Source: Trypethelium eluteriae (Eukaryota). From it: a DNA stretch of 64,000 bases. The stretch spans positions 1 to 64,000 of the forward strand of contig JAVECL010000061.1 of the NCBI GenBank assembly GCA_051942245.1, given 5' to 3'. The notes under the pieces are model-generated. The model ran no database searches and had not been told where the DNA came from. It saw nothing but the letters and a program-made list of their open reading frames with translations. Below are positions 50,209-64,000 of this stretch, one piece after another (position 1 is the first letter of the stretch; every line of letters begins with the position of its first letter). Both the position numbers and the translations under genes were made by a program.

Positions 50209-52233
50209 CTCGGCCATAAGGTACTTGTTTTAGGATAGAACAGGGCTGATCCAGCCAGAAACTTCTGACGCTTATTCGTATAGCACCTAGTCTTGCGTCA
50301 GATTTTGAAATGGGGAAAATGTATCACAGGTCCTAAGATTGTGAGGGCAATATTTCACTGGAAGGGTCGTGCCCAGGTCTTGCAATGCAGCGTTCCCGAA
50401 GACCTAACTAGAGCCAACATACCAATACAACCTCATAGTTGATTCCATTTGCAGGGCATTTAGGATATTCATTAATGCCAAACAAAACGAGATATGACTT
50501 AGCTTCCTGTGGCCGAATAGGTGATAGCAAGCTGACTCCCAAATTCCAGAAATAGGCTACGCTTAGTAGGTAACAGGAAGAACACTCCGAATGCCAGGAT
50601 CTTTCGGATCAATTCAAGAGACGGGGGTTGAAGATTGGGCAGCACATACCGTGTTCAGCATTTAAAGCCGTAGTCTGATGCCTATAACCTCTCACGACAT
50701 CGAACATTACAGCCTCCTCCGGGCCCTACTCCGCACCGATGCAGAGCCAATCTGCAGAGCAGAAATTTGGTCGGTCATTGCGGCCTCTATTTAACGTCGT
50801 CATGCATGTGTTGAAGGCGTCGAGTCGCGGCATTGAAAAAGGATTTCTCAAATTGGAACGCCCTATATTCACTTGAGTACTTCAACAAGAGCCATGTCTT
50901 TCAGGCTGGTCGTACTGTAGTTGCCGCTCTCTTTCAAGGCAGCCGGTACAGCAGGCCATTGCAGATTTAAGACCACGAAACTTGTCAAAGGTTTGGTCAG
51001 GAGCCTCTCGGTTAGCATATTGCATGGTCGAATAAATTTACCTCTCCTCAATGCTAGCTCCGCTATTGATTACGGTTTTGAAGATGTTTCCCCAAATTCC
51101 TGACCGCTGTGTTTCAGAAGACCTAGCCCAGGGAGTCGCCGTCGGCAAGACCGCGAGAATAAAATACTTGGAGTGTAGTCTTTCCAATGACTAGCCGATC
51201 AAAGAAATGTAAAAGTCTTAGCAACATCTCTAAATCAAGAGTGAAGTAAAGCTAGTCCAGCTGGTCAAGGCCAGCACCGCCAGTGTCTCTTCTATCTGTG
51301 TCACGTCCCTCACGACTAACAACAAGAGGAGAACGCCGAGATATATAGCCAACTGTGCAGAGCTATGACTCTAGACTATCCCCGCAATAGGGCACAGATA
51401 CGAGGTCAGTTGATGAAGATAGGGAACGGACAGTAGGGTTATATTGGGAACGTATACAGCGCATTGGACCCATGAATGGCTACTGAAATTTGGATTGCCG
51501 AGAACGAGGTAGGTGAGAGAGTCATTGAAGCCCAATTGTCACTAAATCAGTAGGTCTTCAATTTCCTAAAATGACGCAGGCCATCTACGATAGGCACGCC
51601 ACCCATGTCACAAGCGTCAACCAGACCAGAGCGGGGAGTTAAACGCATGCTCGATCGAATTCAAGACTAGCCAAAGTTGAACAAGAAGGATTATTCTCCA
51701 TCTGTAAGTAGAGTACTCTGCCCGTGAGTTGACGGTAGATGGACATGTTGCAATCAAGATACTACGGCCTGTCCGTGGTAGTAGATTGCACAAGCCTGGG
51801 TGCTATGAGAGTGAGGATCGTAGCGCCGATCTAACGAGACTTCCATTCCTAGTGGCAATATTGGCAGATGGCTGGCAATGATGCGGATTGCTTAGGGGAA
51901 ACGACTGAGCGAAGGTGCCAGGATCTCACGTATCATCAGAATATCTCTCAAGGAGTACTACTACATCTTGATTTGCGTAAGCAAGCAGACCGGAAATCTC
52001 GAGGAAGGTTTTTAGTATTGAAAAGGGGACATTAGGATTATCTGTCCATATCAATGACCGGTTTGCAACCACGCGAGAGAATGCAAGAGTGAGAACGATA
52101 TGTGCTTCAAAGATCGACTTTTACCAACTAAGCAATTGGCCAAAATTGCAACGAGGAAGTATAGCAATTCCATCGGAGTTTTTCGAAAGGGCTGCCGGGA
52201 TATTCTGGTTGTTGAAAGCGAGCTACGGAAGCC

Positions 52234-53715
52234 TCACTGGGTGTTGTGGCCCACATTACCAAGAAATACGACAAGGACAGCACAGTATCTAATAGGTGAT
52301 TAGCAAGCACAATAAGGCAGTGCAGATAAGGGCCATTTCATACGCAGCGGCAGAACCTAGAATCTCATGTCGTCGGGCTCTCGTGAATAGCGACAAGATA
52401 GCCGAGAAGGCCAATGTGAAGACCAGGAGAACACCGATGCAGATAGCGTCGGATCTGCTCGTTCCAATATCGGCGACAAGATGATAAAGTACATAGATCG
52501 GAACTACAAGGAGAGTGAGGATCGCAAAAATGATGATGCCGCTGGCAAAATTATTGATCCGCTCGTGGTCATAGTAGACTCCCGGGCCTTGACATTTTTG
52601 CTTCGTCTCAGGGGAACGGAATAAGTACTGGACAGAGTCAGCAGGCTGGAATTGAAATGTCGGAAAGATGAGTGAGCAAAAAATTGTGATATCCACAAAG
52701 GCTCTAGATTGAGAAATGCTTGCAAACATGGAATTTAGCAGAAAACAACTGACTTCAATAATCTTTTTAGCGCCCATTCTCTGCTGTAGGAATTTGAGGA
52801 GATGCTCAATGCCTGAATCAAGCCATGCGTGTTCTCGGCGGTGTCTGAGGGTGACTAGATCTTCGCGACAACGGACCCAGGCTGCTTCCCTTTTGGGCAC
52901 AGGTGCCACTTGGTTCATGTAGTTGATGATACTCTTGTAATCACTCGCCGCAGGCTTGTTGAACGAGACGAGCTGCTGAGCCACAGTCAAGAGACTTGCT
53001 ACAGAATCTTAGAGAACGCCATGTTTGTAGGATAGTCCAATGACGTACCGTAGTCTCGGAATTTTTCTTCAATTTGAACAAATAGAGCTCTTCGAGGCGC
53101 AGCATCCTCTTCACTCAGGTCCCTTCTATTGACCTTATCTGGATCTTGTTTTCCATCGCGCTCATCCCATTCGTCTAACGTTGTCTCTAGCTTTCGTAGT
53201 TCATCCTGCTTTTCGAGCAGCAAGCGGCTTTGGAGATAACCAAACCGGCGGTAGACCATAAAGCTCTCATCGCTATCGAGGAATGCTGCAAAATTCGGGT
53301 AGCCCCTTGGACACGACTCCACTGCCGCACGACCATGAGTGCATGCCGAGATCGAATACATGCGAACACTACTTACGCTGCCTCACCAATACGGAGTTAG
53401 GTGCTGCGCTAGGCTTTTTGGAATCGGATGCTGCGCTGCGCTTTGACAGACGCTTAGAGGTAAGACGCAGGGCCGCCCAAAGAGATGAGATAGGATTCCA
53501 CGCATTGCGAGGCTCGTTTTCTGTTCCGCATCAGCGTTTCGGTCAATGCAAATGGCAAGGCAGATTCACAGACCTCGTCCTCGGCCTTCACCGGGGAAAA
53601 ACGGGCTTTGTGACTTTGTTGTGGAGGTGGGGGAAAATAAAGTCGGTGACTTTTCTAGGTCAGTGCACTGGAGACCCTCCTCCAATTCCCGAACCTCATC
53701 TTTAGACCGATCCAT
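52234..53715 (-). CDS. DUF6594-family membrane protein, multi-exon
   Basis: VESCPRGYPNFAAFLDSDESFMVYRRFGYLQSRLLLEKQDEL; EDLVTL; C-terminal hydrophobic helices; ARRHEILGSAAAYCAVLVVFLG across the last intron. Confidence 0.85.
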
Positions 53716-55719
53716 GTAAATCTTTGGGACAACACTCGATTTCACATGTATAAAAGCGGAACCTAGAGAAGGTGTCAAGCAACTCAAATCGGCTGAGGAA
53801 ATTCTCAATTCTATATAGCAACTTCTACTGTCACCCAGCCTTGCTTGAGCGGCCTCATACGGGTAACTAAACTGGAGCGCCTCGCATTTCCCGTACCTTC
53901 AAGCAGAAAAAAGGCAGCCAAGCACATCGATCCTTTCGCAAACTCTTACATTTACTTGAGGTCATCTTCACTGGTCCAGGCGCCCGAATTTACTGCATTC
54001 CCCTCTTTGTCTTTCAACTTGTACTCCCAGCCCGAGTGCCCTTTGCGACTAGCGGCAATAGTCACGAGTAAGTTTTCTCCATTCGATTTCCGCAGCCAGG
54101 CTTTTCCACCGTCTTTAAATCCAGCTGGCGGCTACTTGTCTGGTTAACACTGCAGAAGCAAGGGTTATATCCTGAGGCAGACTTACGATCGCATTTTCCC
54201 CAGTGGCAGGCCAGTATGCGCGGTCGCCTGAGCCTTGAGTGGTCTAGATCTGTTAGGAGGGTGCCTGAGGATAAGATAGATCTGCAATACTTACTGCCTG
54301 TCCAGAAGCCATGAGCCTATCACAGCCTTTTCGCTCCAGTCTAAATTCACAATCTGGTAGCCACGATCGGGCGCGAGCAAGTTGTAGAGTGTGCCTTGCA
54401 AGGCTTTCTAACCGGTGAACACGCAGTGCAGCTTTCGCTTGTTTATATACATCCACCTTCTCGTCGAAGTGGCCCAAAGAGGCGGCAAGGCGAATGATAG
54501 TATTTGAGGCTTGATAATGACTGCAAAGTGGGGGCCAATCGTCTTCATGTGCAACCACACCTCCCGAGCTCGAGCACGAATCATCACTATACAAGAGCCT
54601 CAAAAAGTGGGGTGGTCAATCAAATGTTACAGCCTCGAAACACTTCATGATGGAGTCCCAGCTTGACCCCAGTCGTAGAAGGTTCATGCTACGCAGTCAG
54701 ATCGCCTGGAATATGCCGACTCTATCGTAGCTTCTCACGGATTGGTCATTTAAAACCTGTCCTTTGAAGTTAAGACTAGATAGGTATTCCGTAATAAAAT
54801 GGCGACTACGCTTTACCAATCTTTGAAGCCTGTCTTATACAGCTCAGCTATGCCTATTCGATCACTAGCTCATCACCATCGGACTTGATACAAGTCAAAT
54901 CATTGTATGGAGTGTTTGCCATTGGCCACTATCATGCGGACCCCCTGAAGAAGTCAATTGTATTCTTCTAAAGTACTTCATAACGATCGTGCCCCCTGTC
55001 GTGCACAGTAGAAGAGATATTGCGCCGTGCGTACGGCCGAGAATCCTGCACTTACCGTACTCTGGCTTAGCTTCTCATCTGATCAGATCTCCGTTCTCTG
55101 TCTCTACGTCAGACTCCTGCGTGTTACGTCTACGGCATCCTTCAATAGACGATATTTTTTTTCTTCTTCTGAAAGAGACAGATCGATACAGGAGCTTTAG
55201 TGCATAGGATTTGGCGGGTTATCCTCGAGCTTTAACCCTTTTTGCTCGCCTGGCGCCGATTCATAGATAACTTTTGTATGGAAGCGCACTTCTGCACATT
55301 CTAGACATCGAACGAATAAATTTGTATATGTATAAGTACAACGCCACCTTCCCCGCATGCACCTCCTAATATTACTCCGCCTCAGCTAATAGCTTTACGG
55401 TGACTTCGCCACGCTCTACATTGAAGTGCGGGCTTCCAATGACCAGCCCCGTCATGAGACTTAGAGATCCAGCATCGAAAATTGCAAGGCTGTCACGATG
55501 AGGGCGCAGCTTGCAGTTTTTGACTGTGTGTGAGTCTCACATCCTGAGGCAGTGCGATTACAATGCGTTTCTTAGCTTATGTGACCGTCCATTACTTGTG
55601 TCTCAGCAATATATCTAGGACCCGAAAAGCCTGATTCCATCAGTATCACTGTCTCAATTCCTCAAAAGCGTGCTACATTACTACAAAGAATTTACCGATA
55701 CTACGGTCGTGTGCCAAAC

Positions 55720-57104
55720 ATGGCCCTGACGATACCCGGCCCAGTCATGCCAAGCCAGAACACACTGTCGCATAGTGTGAGTCCTGTACAGCCTTCAAAT
55801 AAGCAATCGAGCCAAGCAGAACAAGAGCTTCATGTCCGCTGGGAAGAAATCATGCAGCATAAGCCCAAATTCGTACATTACGACAAGGTTGCCGTTCTAA
55901 TGCTTTCATGGGATGATACTTGCAATGACTTGCAAACGAAAAAGGAGGTGAGTCATGAGATGCTCTCGTTCCTAGAACAACATGTTAAAGATATGCAGGT
56001 CGAACAACTTAGCAAGATCTTCAAGGAACTGTACGGGTTTAAAGTTCGGAACAAGAAGTTGAGCAATAAGATCCGAGCCCAGCTACAGATAGTCCAACAT
56101 CTTGTCAACTTTCTCAGCGACTTCGAGGATGAAAGGAGCAGCGTCCTTTTGATCATATATTATGCAGGACACGGTTGGGCCCATCGGTCAGATGATGCAG
56201 AGCAACATGAGACACAGTTGCGACTAGTAGGGTAAGAGGACTGATCAGATCACCTGTTGATTTCAATCCATACTAACACAGCCTTCTAAGTCAAACGACG
56301 CAAGAACAAAAGCCGAAGGAGAAATTTCGTAATACAATCATGTGGGACGAAGCCGAAAAGAATATAGCGAATGCCGAGGCGGACGTTTTACTCATTTTCG
56401 ATTGTTGCCATGCTGGTCTGTTAGGACGATCACACGCAACGAAGCGGTTTGAATCTCTTGCCGCATGCACTGCAGAAATGACCACTCGACCACCAGGGGA
56501 CGATTCATTTACGACAGCTTTGTGCTGGGCGCTTGAGAAGCTTCAGAAGCTTCATTCCCAAGAGAGATCTTTTTTTACGACCTCTGAACTTAGGCGAACG
56601 ATTATGGAGCACCAGAACTTTCCCAAGCGCCAGATACCACAATTAACCGAGCGTATGCCTAGCTCCAGTCATATCGTGATTGCTCCATACGGTACCAAGC
56701 CGCCTGCTATTCCAGCCGAGGAACGCGAGGATCCGAATCGCGCTGAGAAGGCATCCTACATCGACCTACGCTTCCACTTTGACGATTGCAACAACGAGAA
56801 GATCTATGATGTTGCTCGCTGTCTCAAAGACATGGTGCAGGATCGCCAGCTTTTATCTCACCGCATCGACCTCCTTGGAAAGGACTCAGTATGGAAGTCG
56901 ACTCGATGGCGGAACGTAGCAGATCTTGGCGCTTTCTGGTATCAGAAAAGCCAAAAGCGCCGCAAATTATCCCAGGTCGGGGCTCAAAATCCTCAAATGT
57001 CCGCTTCAACGCTACCAGTGTCGCCGGCAATCAGTGTACCCTTAAGCGAAGATCATCCGGAGGATTCTAGTGAAGCTCACTCTGAGGACTCTAGCGCTGA
57101 ATGA
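55720..57104 (+). CDS. Caspase/metacaspase-fold (peptidase C14-like) protein
   Basis: YDKVAVLMLSW, LLIIYYAGHG (catalytic His), DVLLIFDCC (catalytic Cys), ESLAAC, SFTTAL. Introns 55948-55998 and 56232-about 56290. Confidence 0.8.
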
Positions 57105-57708
57105 TTGCGTTGCTGCGAATGCCTTATGGGATCGATTTATACTTCTTACCAGTTTCATAGCCCAGGATACCCTCATACTCTGCAGGATATATAGAGCCGA
57201 CGTGCGGAATCCTGATGATCTCAAAGATTTCTTAGACACGCTTGTCTTGTACAGTGCACCATGGCATCCAGTTGTCGTGATTGCTGAAGTGGTCAAATTT
57301 TCAGAATGCTGTCTGCGATGCGAAGCACGATGGCCAAATTTTCCAGAGGGTCACCAAAAAGCGAGCTGGTACTGTCAGGATTCTTCCAAGTTCTCACACT
57401 CTTGCATCTCAGTATGGTAGCAGTAAAGATTTAATGGGGCTCACAGCAAACATTGGCCACTTCATGTATTGACAATGGTTTTCAATCTATCATGCAATAT
57501 CAATGCAAACGGACACCCATCTCTGCACATCCTTCAACACCAGGTAAGAGAGCAGCTTACGGGACAGAAAACATCGACCTCTCGTTCAAATACGGGTACC
57601 TCGCATATAAATTCCGAGATTCCATGCTATCTGATCACGCCGAAACTCCCTACCCCTTCCCCACACATACACATGATCAAACTCCGCCACACTCCGTCAC
57701 ACTCAACC

Positions 57709-59655
57709 TCAAGGTGGCGGCGACAACACCATTTTCAACGAACTCCCCACTCCTGGCTTCGGCGACATATTACCGGGGATGGGGGTGCGAGAGCCATTCT
57801 GCGGCGTGCCGATGCCGCTAAAGGGCGAGACGGCACCACTGGGTGGGACGGGGATCTGGATGCCTTCTGGACTGGCAGGAATAATTGGTGAGGGCAAACC
57901 CGGGATGTGGATGCGTTTTGTTTCGTTTTGATAGGAAGCGGGGATGATCTGTGGGTGTGGAATTGCAATTAATCGGAGTCCGGATCCGGATAGCATAGAT
58001 GTGGGAGTGGAATATGACTCGTTCTTGGGGAGACAAAGAGTTTATATTGGGTAAAAGAGGGGGTTCAAAGGGTGAGGGGGAGTAGATAGCTAGGTGAGAG
58101 GTTGGATCGAAATGAGTGTGTGAGAAGGGAAGAATTGGGCATACCTCAAGGATCTCATCCCGGGGAAAGTCTAGCGTTGGTATGTCGTGAGCGTTACAGG
58201 CCATAAGATAGCCATATAGAACGCGAAGAACGCTCTCATGAGCAATGATGAGAAGATCGTTCTGTTCACGCTCGAGTTCGAGGATAATGGGTTCAAGGCG
58301 GACAGCAAGGTCGTGGTAGGACTTTGTGATTGTGAGTAGATTTCTATCAGAGTCGAGGAAGTAGAAGCGCATACCTCAGCTCGAGGGTATCGGTGATGGT
58401 ATGGGTCTTGCTCGTGCTTCTCCACTTCTTGCGGATACTCTTCCCTAATTCTTTTCTCGGACATTTTTTCGCACACGCCGGGGTTCAGTTGGCTCATCTG
58501 CGCGCGCTGCCTGACGCGGTACCCCTTTTCCTCGAGATACTCTGCCGTCTCCATCGTTCTTTTCCGCGTCGAAGTCCAGATGGTGAGGGGCTTTAATGCT
58601 GTGTCCGGTCCACCTCTAGCGATAAGCTGTTGGCGTTCGTGTTCACGATGGCTGGTGAGCGCCTCTGACAGCTTCTTAGCGTAATCCTTGCCCTCGTCTG
58701 AGAGCGAAGCATCAGCCTTATATGAATCCTCGGTTTTGGTAGTCCCAGCTCGGACGAAGTAAGTCTGACGAGATTTAATGTGTAGGTTTAGCAGATAGAA
58801 GACAATCCGTTGTGACAGATATCCGAAGGCGCAATTGTTTACGATTACACGCTCTCCAGCGTTGATCATCTTGATCCAGTGAAGATGTTGCTCCTCCATG
58901 GTCTCAAAGTCTGGGTGGCGGGCAGCTATTCGTCTGAGATAATCTTTTACTGCGTCTTGGGACTCCCAACCCTTGTAATCAGGAGAAGAGATCTTAACAC
59001 TTCGTACATTTTCTTCAATGATACGCTCATCCGTACAATGAGATTCAATAAACAATGTCTGAACTTGACGCTTCGCAAATTCCTTGGCGAGGGCTTGGCG
59101 TCCTGACGACACCGGGTTAACCGCATCATAGATGGCGACCTGGCCATTCTCATGCTCGAGAAAGTGGTAGATATCTTCTCGACAGCGCTTTAGAATCTTC
59201 TGTCGGAGCAAGATTGTGGGCGGGGATGCATTGACATGAAAGTAATCTTGGGGAATCTCGCCTTGAGGACCTACCGTGGCCCGTCTGTAGTCCCCTAGGT
59301 GGAAAATTCGAGTCTTGACTCCAAGCCAGCGCAAGTACCGAGCCATCGCAACAGAGATGTGAGTCTTCCCTCGGGCTGGTAGACCCACCGTAGAGATGAC
59401 AATTCGTCCAGAATGGAATAGTCTTCCGGATTCGGTGCTATAGAGCTGAGCGGGTGCCATGGCTTCTTTTTCTGGAAGATCATGAATAGCATCAACGAAG
59501 GTACTCGACCTCCGCCGAAAGTGCGGCGAGTTGGCCATCAGGTCGGCTGTCCTAGGCAAATGTCAGTAGTCTTTAATTACTTGATATGGCTAGGCGCGTG
59601 CAGGGCAAGAGAACTGGGATGATCGAAAAGAGAGTGCATACAAGAGAGTATCCAT
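57709..59655 (-). CDS. 6-phosphofructo-2-kinase/fructose-2,6-bisphosphatase family protein
   Basis: VGLPARGKT P-loop, FHLGDYRR, VAIYDAVN, VKISSPDY, RYPRAESY, LLIIAHESVLRVLYGY. Short first exon MDTLL. Confidence 0.92.
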
Positions 59656-60281
59656 GGCGGATGAAGACGATTGATGATGCTTTTCAGTTTATAAATACAG
59701 AACACTGTCTCTCGCCGTCATACGCCGCGGTCTGGTGAATCTCGCATAGTTCGCTACCCAAGAAATACACCTTGGTGAGGGGCCACTTTATGAGTGTATC
59801 GTCTGATACCTGATGCAGTTGAGCCGTGATCGTTTGGGGAGGTCCACAAGGAAAGTGATCACTGGAGTCTGGCACACCTGCCTCAACGTGCCAGTGAACG
59901 GTGAGATTGATGTCAGCATGGACTGAGCGATTGCCTCCGTCGGTGTAGTCTTCCGGCGCCACTGTTGAGAAGGTGGAGGTGTGGCTGGTGCAGTGTGTGT
60001 GGCTCGCGAATGAATGGCTCAAGGTGATCTGGGAAGACAACTTCGCAGGACTGAGATGTTCCTAACCCGCCGCTGTCATCTCAATTCGATTGGCGAAAAT
60101 TATCGTCGACCTCGACCAAAGCTCAGGTGCCTCACACAGCGTAGCACCTAGCTCTCCCTGCCATCCTTCCACAGCATATCCCGTTTCTGAATTGGAATTT
60201 GCATCCATCTTTAGAGGCAACTTGAAGAATTAGATATTTCTTTTCGCGCCTCATCTACATCCTTCCTCTCCTTTCTGCGTC

Positions 60282-61606
60282 ATGACTTCTCCCCAGACAC
60301 CAACCGACTTCGCTGCTGAGAGCATAGCGCAAACCAGTAATTTCGCCCGCGAAAAAAGCACCGTCGCTATAGAGAAAGGTTCTAGTGCTCTAGGAGGTTC
60401 CCTCGACTTCCTCTCCCAAAATGCCATCTCGCGATCATTATCAAATTCCTACAACTACTTCCAATCACGAAGAGAAGCTCTCGGTCTCCCGAACCCCGGC
60501 ACTGTCGACAACATCGCATCCGAACTCTCACGAGGCGTCCTCCTTACCAATCTCATCTTCTCTGGGCTAAGAGCAGACTTGACCAAAACAACGAGTGTGA
60601 ATCCTCTCTTTCAGGTGTCTCATGCCTTTTCCCAGGGTTCCCAACAACTCCCTCCATACGCATTCGCAGCCATCTATGGCTCGTCCAAGGTTCGCATAAC
60701 CCTTAACCCCTGACGTCTCTCGTATGCACTTCTCTAAACAATCCACCTATACTAGGTCTTCATGCAAGCCACCCTCGACTCGGACCGCAGCCTACAAGGC
60801 CGCTTCAACTACCGCTGGAATCCTTCCTTCGTCACCAAAACCTCCACCCAGATTGCTCCCGGCGCCACCGGTGGCGCCATGATCTCAATCGAAAACGACT
60901 ACACCGGCCTCGACTTCTCCGCCTCCCTAAAAGCCGTCAACCCATGGCTTTTCGACGATCGCCTCACGGGCATCTACATCGCTAGCTACCTACAAAGCGT
61001 GACCCCCCGGCTAGCGCTCGGGCTAGAGGCTGTATGGCAGCGCGCAAATGCGAGTGAGGGACCGCAAGCTGCCGTAAGCTATGCGGCGCGTTATAAGGGG
61101 GATGACTGGATTGGGAGCATGCAGTATCTGGCCTCGGGCGCGGTCCAGACAAGTTACTGGCGACGGCTGACGGAGAAGGTCGAGGCAGGTGTAGACCTGA
61201 ATCTGCAATTTACTGGGCTGAGTGGAGCGCCTGGAGGCGGCGGGGGAGCGATGATGGGTGCTGGGGGAGCCAAGAGGGAAGGAGTTGCAACGTTGGGGGC
61301 GAAATACGATTTCCGGGCGAGTAGCTTCCGCGCTCAGGTCGACAGCCAAGGAAAGTTAGGGTGTTTACTGGAGAAGCGTGTTGCAAATCCGGTGCAGATT
61401 ACGTTTGCGGGGGAATTAGATCATGTGAAGGTGAGTTGCAAAGTGGCCTAACAGACTTGTTTAGGGTCTTACAACTGTAAGCTCAACAGACTAACAAATT
61501 ACAGAATCAAGCCAAAATCGGCCTCGGTGTCTCCATCGAAGCGGCCGGCGAAGAAGTCATGGCTGAACAAGAGAAAGCTCAAAACGCGCCCACGCCACCT
61601 TTCTAA
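60282..61606 (+). CDS. TOM40: Mitochondrial outer membrane translocase pore subunit Tom40
   Basis: [49 protein letters not shown]-term PPF. Introns 60690-60755 and 61431-61504. Confidence 0.96.
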
Positions 61607-62188
61607 GCGCGCTCCTTCCTGTACTACTTTGCGAAAAGTACTAATCCTCCACTCCGACCAAACGTAGATGAACGTGGTCGCAGAGTCGTAACACGTAATT
61701 CCCTCACTTTCAATCATTCTTGTATTAGAAGCCTTGTGGCATTTCTCTCCAACATGTTTTCATGGCTTCGTTGCTGGTCTTTGTTCTGCCCTGCACAGTC
61801 AACGGCCATGTCTTTCTCTTTGTCTGCATAGATCTGGGAGCTGGGAAGCGGTTTTGCTGCCATCAGCGCGGCAGGGATGGGTATTACCGCTCCCTTGTAC
61901 ATATATACATGCGAGTTACTGAAACCCAAGTTCGACTCTCTATTAGTGAGATTGAGAGTTGTGATATCTCTATTCTATTCTATATTCGCTAGCTATGCTG
62001 AGGGGAGAATTCTCACGGCTTATGCATGGAAGAAAGTCTGCTGAAACTTCCCCAAGCAGAACCACCGTCACATCTATGAAACCAAGATCTGAAGCTCTCT
62101 CCCTCTTACCCCAAACCAAATTTATCGCCCATCTTTCGAAGCGATTCGTAATGGGCGCTTATTAGGAGAGCGTGCTCGGCGACACGTT

Positions 62189-63898
62189 CTATAGCTTTAC
62201 ATCCCCATTTTGTACGCTGTTTGGTTTATCCTTTTCCAATACCTCCTCCGCTGTCTTCACCAAGATATCAAACGCCTTTTGGAGATACTTTTCTTCCGTC
62301 CGCTCATTAGCGCTCACAACTCTGATAGCGTAAATTCCGGCAACGACACCGCTTGTTAAGAAGATCTCCCCGCTGGCGTTGACACGTTCATAGACTTCCT
62401 TCGTGATTCTGTTCGCCTCCACGACGTCTTGATCCCCTGCGTCTGGTGTGAAACCATTCGTCACTTCTGCCGCTTTCTCATCACCTTTCTGGCCCTTCCT
62501 CGGCTTTATCGTGAATACTGTTAGTGCGAATGCTGGTGGCGTTACAACCTCGAACAGATCGCCTCGTCCTCTTATTAGATTGGCAAACATCTCACCGAGC
62601 TTGACGTGGCGGCGAATGTGGGCTTTAAAGCCATTGATGCCATAACTGCGCATTACAAACCAGATCTTGAGAGAGCGGAATCGACGGCCAAGAGGAATTT
62701 GCCAGTCGCGATAATCCGTAACCAGGCCAGCGTCGTACTGGTTGCTGCGGAGGTACGAGGGAGTGATACTCAGAGCGGATGTAAGTTCGGATCGCTTTTT
62801 AATGAAGAGACAGCTAGAAAATTGTGAGCTGATTCCGTATGACGCGCACCTATCAAAAGAGTACGGCCTGAGCTAACTTACCTCGCGTCGAAGTTCGTCA
62901 AAAGCCATTTATGCATATTCATGTCAAAGCTGTCGAATGATCCAAATGCTTTTGTAAGATGCTGATATTCTTCGCACACCAATGCCGCTCCTGCGTATGC
63001 GGCATCTACATGGATCCAAATGTCGGGATACTCCTGCGCCACCTCTGCAATTTCCTCGAATCGATCCACTGCACATGTCGGCGTTGCACCCAAACTCACT
63101 GTGAGATAGTACGGCTCCAGACCATCCCTTTTACACTGCTCGATAGCCTGCCTGAGATCACCACCCGTCATCGCGAACTCATTCTCCTTTCTAGTTGGAA
63201 TGCTCCGGAATTTCGTGCCGGCGATGTTCATTGCCTTCTGCGAACAGCTATGTGCCTGATCACTCGCCAAGCCCACCATCTTCGCCCTCAGTCTTCCCAC
63301 CAGCTCATCCTTCTCGTTCCCCTCTGCCATTTCCCCAAACTTCCGCTTGACAAACCGTTCTCGCGCCGCTACTGCGACCGTAACTACCGCCTCGCTCGCT
63401 GATCCTTGAATCACACCTCCTCCTTCTCCAGTCGATAAGTAGCACTCCGGTAAAGCCAGTATCTTCGCCAGCCAATCAAGAACCACAGTCTCTAACTCTG
63501 TAACTGCAGGTGAGCACAGCCAGTTGAACGCTGGGGCAGTGAAGGCTGCTGAATACAGCTCAGCTAGCATGGATGGATAGGTAGCGTTTGCAGGGAACCA
63601 GGCCATAAAATTGGGAGATTGCCAATGCGTGAGGCCCGGCATGATTTTAGACTCGATGTCGCGTTGGATGGATGGCCAGGGTTCGCCGTCCTCAGGGGGC
63701 CCGGCAGGCAGGAGGGGGGCAAGATAGCCGGGTTCAACGGCGGACTGAACACGACGTGAAGGAAGTGTTTCGTAGTAGTTGATGACTAGAGGGTCATGTT
63801 GTAAGAAAAGAAAGGGATTTCTTGACGAGATGAAGAGGAAAGAGCGTACTTTCGTCAACAGCTGCGTGAGCTGCTTCCCGGAACTGTTGGGAATTCAT
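62189..63898 (-). CDS. Aromatic-L-amino-acid decarboxylase (group II PLP decarboxylase)
   Basis: MNSQQFREAAH, PGLTHWQSPNFMAWFP, SPAVTELE, HVDAAYAG, NMHKW (PLP Lys), DWQIPLGRRFRSLK. Confidence 0.94.
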
Positions 63899-64000
63899 GG
63901 CTGGAGCAGGTGACAAGATCTCTCGATGTCTCTTTCGAAAAGGAGAGGAATGACAGAAAGATTTATGCGACTGAAGAGGTAGAAAAATATTTTTACACTC

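Noticed and set aside
50300..52200. Possible decayed gene between EthD and DUF6594
   Set aside because: I could not recover any coherent reading frame or motif by eye.

Overview
Genomic DNA from a filamentous ascomycete (Pezizomycotina-like: short GT-AG introns with CTRAY branch points, RIP-like C>T damage in repeats). Conserved genes: type II NADH dehydrogenase, acyl-CoA thioesterase, two sugar porters, PFK-2/FBPase-2-like, TOM40 and aromatic amino acid decarboxylase. Metabolic and accessory genes: O-methyltransferase, BIRC6/UBE2Z-like E2, F-box, CE4-type deacetylase, GH5, GH25 lysozyme and MmgE/PrpD. A repeat-rich stretch at about 38-57 kb holds a foldback element, a solo LTR, a Goodbye-NACHT-TPR NLR-like gene, an EthD pseudogene and a DUF6594/caspase-like divergent pair. 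The standout feature is a tRNA-Gly(TCC) gene (37575-37752, minus) split by two introns with full spliceosomal (GT...branch...AG) signals at non-canonical tRNA positions; removing them gives a perfect 72-nt cloverleaf. Also missed by the ORF track are a 66-aa secreted knottin-type peptide gene and two solo LTRs with 5-bp target-site duplications, one of which disrupts a HeLo-like gene. Family names come from motif recognition only; no searches were run.
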